From Lama glama (Eukaryota): a stretch of DNA of 64,000 nucleotides. This document shows, in pieces, positions 60,571-64,000 of this stretch. Every line of letters starts with the position of its first letter. Positions within the stretch are counted from its first letter, which is position 1. A model generated the notes under the pieces. The model was not told where the DNA came from and searched no databases. It was given only the letters and a program-made list of their open reading frames with translations. Both the position numbers and the translations under genes were made by a program. The stretch spans positions 93,374,001-93,438,000 of the forward strand of contig CM052816.1 in the NCBI GenBank assembly GCA_028534125.1, read 5' to 3'.

Positions 60571-61169
60571 ATAATGGGGAAAAAAACCAGTTTCTGAAGG
60601 AAAAGACTGTCGTTTTGTGCTCCCAGAGCCTCTTGTATCAGGGCTGAGGTTACACATTAATACGATACTTGAAAACTAATCTGGGGGTGCCCTTCCACCA
60701 CCCTTCTTAAGCTCTTGGAAGCCTTTAAACACCTGCTATCTTTTGATTATTCTTCTAGGAGCTGACAGTGTTAGTCTAGACTGTTGATCATGGCAACTGT
60801 CCAAATTCCCCCTTTCCAAGTTTCCCTTATAAATTCTCTCCCATATGAATAGCCCTGTAACATCTTTGAGTCACTTCCCAAAGTCCACAGGAGGGATGTA
60901 GTAGAAGTAAGTGGTACACAGGAGTGATCAGGGAGACTCTGAGTTATTATGCTGAATTCTGTTTGGACCTGCTAATTACTGGGAGTTTATCAGTGCCTAC
61001 ATCTAACTCAGCAGTATCCTAATGTCCCACGAGATATTAAAGAGTTTTAAGACATTGACTAATCTCTATGAATTTTCCATCTATTTGAAATAATTAGGTC
61101 AGCCAACAAGAGCCAATAATACATTAAGTGTTAACTATAGATGTATATATAAAAAGGATATGGCAGTCC

Positions 61170-61340
61170 TGTACTAGACTCATATATCTTCCATCATGTA
61201 ATTCTGTGAGGCAATCATCTTACAGAAGCTGAATGTGAGCTTTAGAGGCGTTAGGCAACTTTCTTAATGTTGATCAGGTAGGAAATTAAAAAAAGAAGGG
61301 ATAGTACACCAGTCTGTATGACTGGACTTCTTCTCTTTCC
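61170..61340 (-). mobile_element. MIR fragment
   Basis: 'attctgtgaggcaatcatcttacagaag...tttagaggcgttaggcaactttcttaatg'. Confidence 0.6.
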
Positions 61341-61392
61341 ACGAGTAGTAAAATTACTGGTAAAATTTCAGGAGCAAAATAGTATTTATTTT

Positions 61393-61954
61393 TGTAGGGG
61401 AACAAAATTTGCCACCCCAAAACATCCCTTTAGCATGCAGATTACTTCAAGCTGAAAACAATCAAGACCCAAAGGACTCAGGAAGAAACTTTGACCTTTC
61501 CCTTAACTGTATAAAAGAATTTAGATAGAGAAGGGCCTCTTCCCAGAATACAGCTGTCACCAGAGATGTCTGCAAAGAATATGAGCTAGGTGTGGTGGGG
61601 GAAACTCAGAAGGGCTAAACTCTGTGTCCCACTGTCTCTGCATGGCTCAAAGACATTTGTTTACCAAACATTTGGTAAACATTTTCATTTCCATGCGAAT
61701 TGCCTTCCTCCCCATTGAAGTCCCAAACTGCTACCCTCAACATCTTTTTTGGTTTTTTTTAGGTGAAGATTATATTTACCATGAGGGTTTTGACCCTTTA
61801 GCCGAGTTACTCTGTCTTCCTGGGTTTCTCCCCTATATATATGTTATTAAAGTTTTGTTTGATTTTCTCCTGTTAATCTGTCTCATTTCAATTTAATTCT
61901 TAGACCAGCCAGAATAACCCAAAAGGGCAGAGAGAAATTTCTTCCTCCCTGACA
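61393..61954 (+). mobile_element. ERV1 solo LTR, MER34A-like, full length
   Basis: 'tgtaggggaacaaaatttgccaccccaaaa...caagctgaaaacaatcaag...ttctcctgttaatctgtctc...ttcttcctccctgaca'; flanks 'tttt' and 'cttt' (3/4 TSD). Confidence 0.9.
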
Positions 61955-62539
61955 CTTTTCTTGAAGACACTAATGAATTCCTGAGGATGCTGCGAACAAC
62001 TCAAGAATCCCACCAAATGGCAAAGGTTTTCTGTCCAAAGTAACTTATTTTTCAGACTAATGGAAAAAATAACACATTCTTATGAGTCTCGAAAGCAATA
62101 ACTGTTTCATCAGTGTTTCAGGTTACTACACCAGAAATTAATATCAGTTGAGACTAAACATTCTAAAACATTTACATGCTGCAGAATGGAGAGTTGAAGG
62201 AACAATGGCAGACTGCTTGGCGCACTTCCTCAGGCCCAGAATTATACCCTCCACTAGTAACCATACCATTTCCCAGAGAAGTTAAATGAGCTCCCAGAAC
62301 TGAAATGCTCTACTAAAGGTGCAGATATTACAGTAGAAACATGGATCAAGGGATCAGGGGGATGTAGAGTACTGGGTGGATGGATGGGAGGTTCTTGAAA
62401 ATATAGAGTATTCTGATTAATGCTTAACAGTGATACTACAAGATTAAATTACAGCGAGGTGTTGCTTAATATGGAAACTGAAGGAGTTTACCAGACTTCA
62501 CCGCATCAGTCCCTTGGGGAAACAGTGAACACTTGATCT

Positions 62540-62690
62540 TCATCTCTAGGAACATGGCTACTTCCCCAGATATACAACAACCTAGGGAAGTTTTCTACTT
62601 CTGTAAATTAGGAAAAATTATACTTGGATTGTTATTACTACTAAGTGTAATTTATGTGTAAAGCAATTCTTGGTTCATAACCAATAGCAT
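62540..62690 (+). mobile_element. MIR fragment
   Basis: 'acctagggaag...ttctgtaaattaggaaaaattatac...ggattgtt...atgtgtaaagca'; degenerate. Confidence 0.5.
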
Positions 62691-63691
62691 TTCTTCCCAT
62701 GAGAAAATATCTCCCACAAGTAATTCAAATCTCATTGAATATTTACTAGGTGTTAATAGCTGTAGAAATACATCTTTCATAACTTGACCTTGACACCTTA
62801 TCTCTGAGAGGTTGGATGCTCCACGTGCAGCAACAGGATGTCACTGGGGACCAGAAATGCCCAGTACTTCTGCTGCCTTTATGTACTGCACACTGATTTT
62901 TCTACACTATCTACATTTTCAGCTTTGGAACAGAACCTCAACTGCGTAATGTTTGTTTTTTCTTCCTCGTCTTGTATTTGAATAATTTGTACCCTTGAGG
63001 CAGTTTCTGCCACTCTGATTGCTCCGTAATTAAGGTTTGCTGTCATAGGTTGGACAATACATTTTTTTTTTTACCATATTCTGGTACAGCAACTACACTC
63101 CCATAGCAGCTAACTGAAATATAATAATTAACTGCTTAATTATTACTTGGACAAATGCTTCATAATTCTTTGAGAAAGGAGCCTAGTATTAGAATACTGC
63201 AGATACCAGAAAAATGAAGCAGTTACAAAAATCATACAGAAAGGCAAACATGTTTAAAATGTGCTAGGATTGAAAATTATGTTTTAATTAACTGCTGCTT
63301 CATATAACTTAATTTTCTTCATTTTCCTCCCCAGTTTGAAGGCATCAGCTCACCTTGACTTTTTATATTTCTGGTCAAATCCTTCTGTAATCAGAATAAT
63401 ATTTTAGTGTACCAAATCCTTCCACTCATGTAGAAAAACATGAAAATTCCCTGATTATTATTTCTAAGTTATTCTTAGAAAAGTTTCTCTTTTTTTCCTT
63501 CAAGTCCCTTGTTCACAACTCCTTCTATTCTTGCCAAGTCACACAACAAAAAGGGAAAAATAATTCCACCACATCAAGCCAATTTTTACCCTGTATATGA
63601 CCTATGGCTGGTTTTCTTTCTTATAACTTTCCTTTCTTTTTCCCATTATTTTCTTTTTTTCTCAGATAGAAATAATTTGTCCCACAAAGAA

Positions 63692-63820
63692 CTTTTAAAA
63701 ATTATTGTTTTTAACTGACATATACTTGACATATAACATTGTGCAAATTTAAGGAGTAAGTTAATTGTATACTTTTATATATTGTAATGTGATTGCCACT
63801 ATAGTGATAATTAGTAAATA
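63692..63820 (-). mobile_element. L1MA-type 3' terminal fragment
   Basis: 'taactgacatatacttgacatataacattgtgcaaatttaagg...tatatattgtaatgtgattgccactata'. Confidence 0.75.
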
Positions 63821-64000
63821 AACTCTAGAGATCTGACATGCAAGAACCTTGGGCCCATTTAAACCAGAACTTAAGTCATTCAAACAGGTCTAAAAATCTC
63901 TGTTCTAAAAGGACCATTACTTTTTCTTCCTCCAAATCTAATTTGATAATTGTAAAAATTCATTTGAATAGAGTTTAATAAAAATAGTAATCCTCAAATT

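Noticed and set aside
1..64000. CRISPR arrays, operons, tRNA/rRNA/snRNA genes, processed pseudogenes or a novel multi-gene system
   Set aside because: No regularly spaced repeat-spacer array, no credible long ORF and no structural RNA signature seen; the content fits mammalian repeats plus unique non-coding DNA. Short exons or small RNAs could still be missed by eye.

Overview
Non-coding eutherian (placental mammal) genomic DNA, intronic or intergenic, from a scaffolded assembly with three fixed 500-N gaps. I found no recognisable protein-coding exon, RNA gene, CRISPR array or prokaryote-type system. The short ORFs in the track are what random, repeat-derived or N-containing sequence produces. 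Much of the window is decayed transposable elements: MaLR LTRs (MLT1 family), ERVL LTRs (MLT2, LTR41-like), ERV1 solo LTRs (two with perfect 4-bp target-site duplications), L2, MIR, old L1M fragments and hAT MITEs (MER5A, MER20, MER58A, MER63A, MER96B-like). A young L1 3' end resembling camelid L1, cetartiodactyl-type LTRs, and no visible CHR, Bov-tA, PRE1, Alu, B1 or SINEC SINEs suggest a camelid genome (inference). The noteworthy signals are modest: nested insertions, a poly(A)-only retro-insertion with a 14-bp duplication, an inverted MER5A pair, an unexplained 85%-identical direct repeat, a GC-shifted MLT1A segment, RFX, T-box and FOX palindromic motifs, and repeat-poor candidate regulatory blocks. 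Repeat subfamily names come from my recollection of consensus sequences, not a database search. Boundaries are approximate unless a TSD is quoted. I cannot support a novel biological system here.
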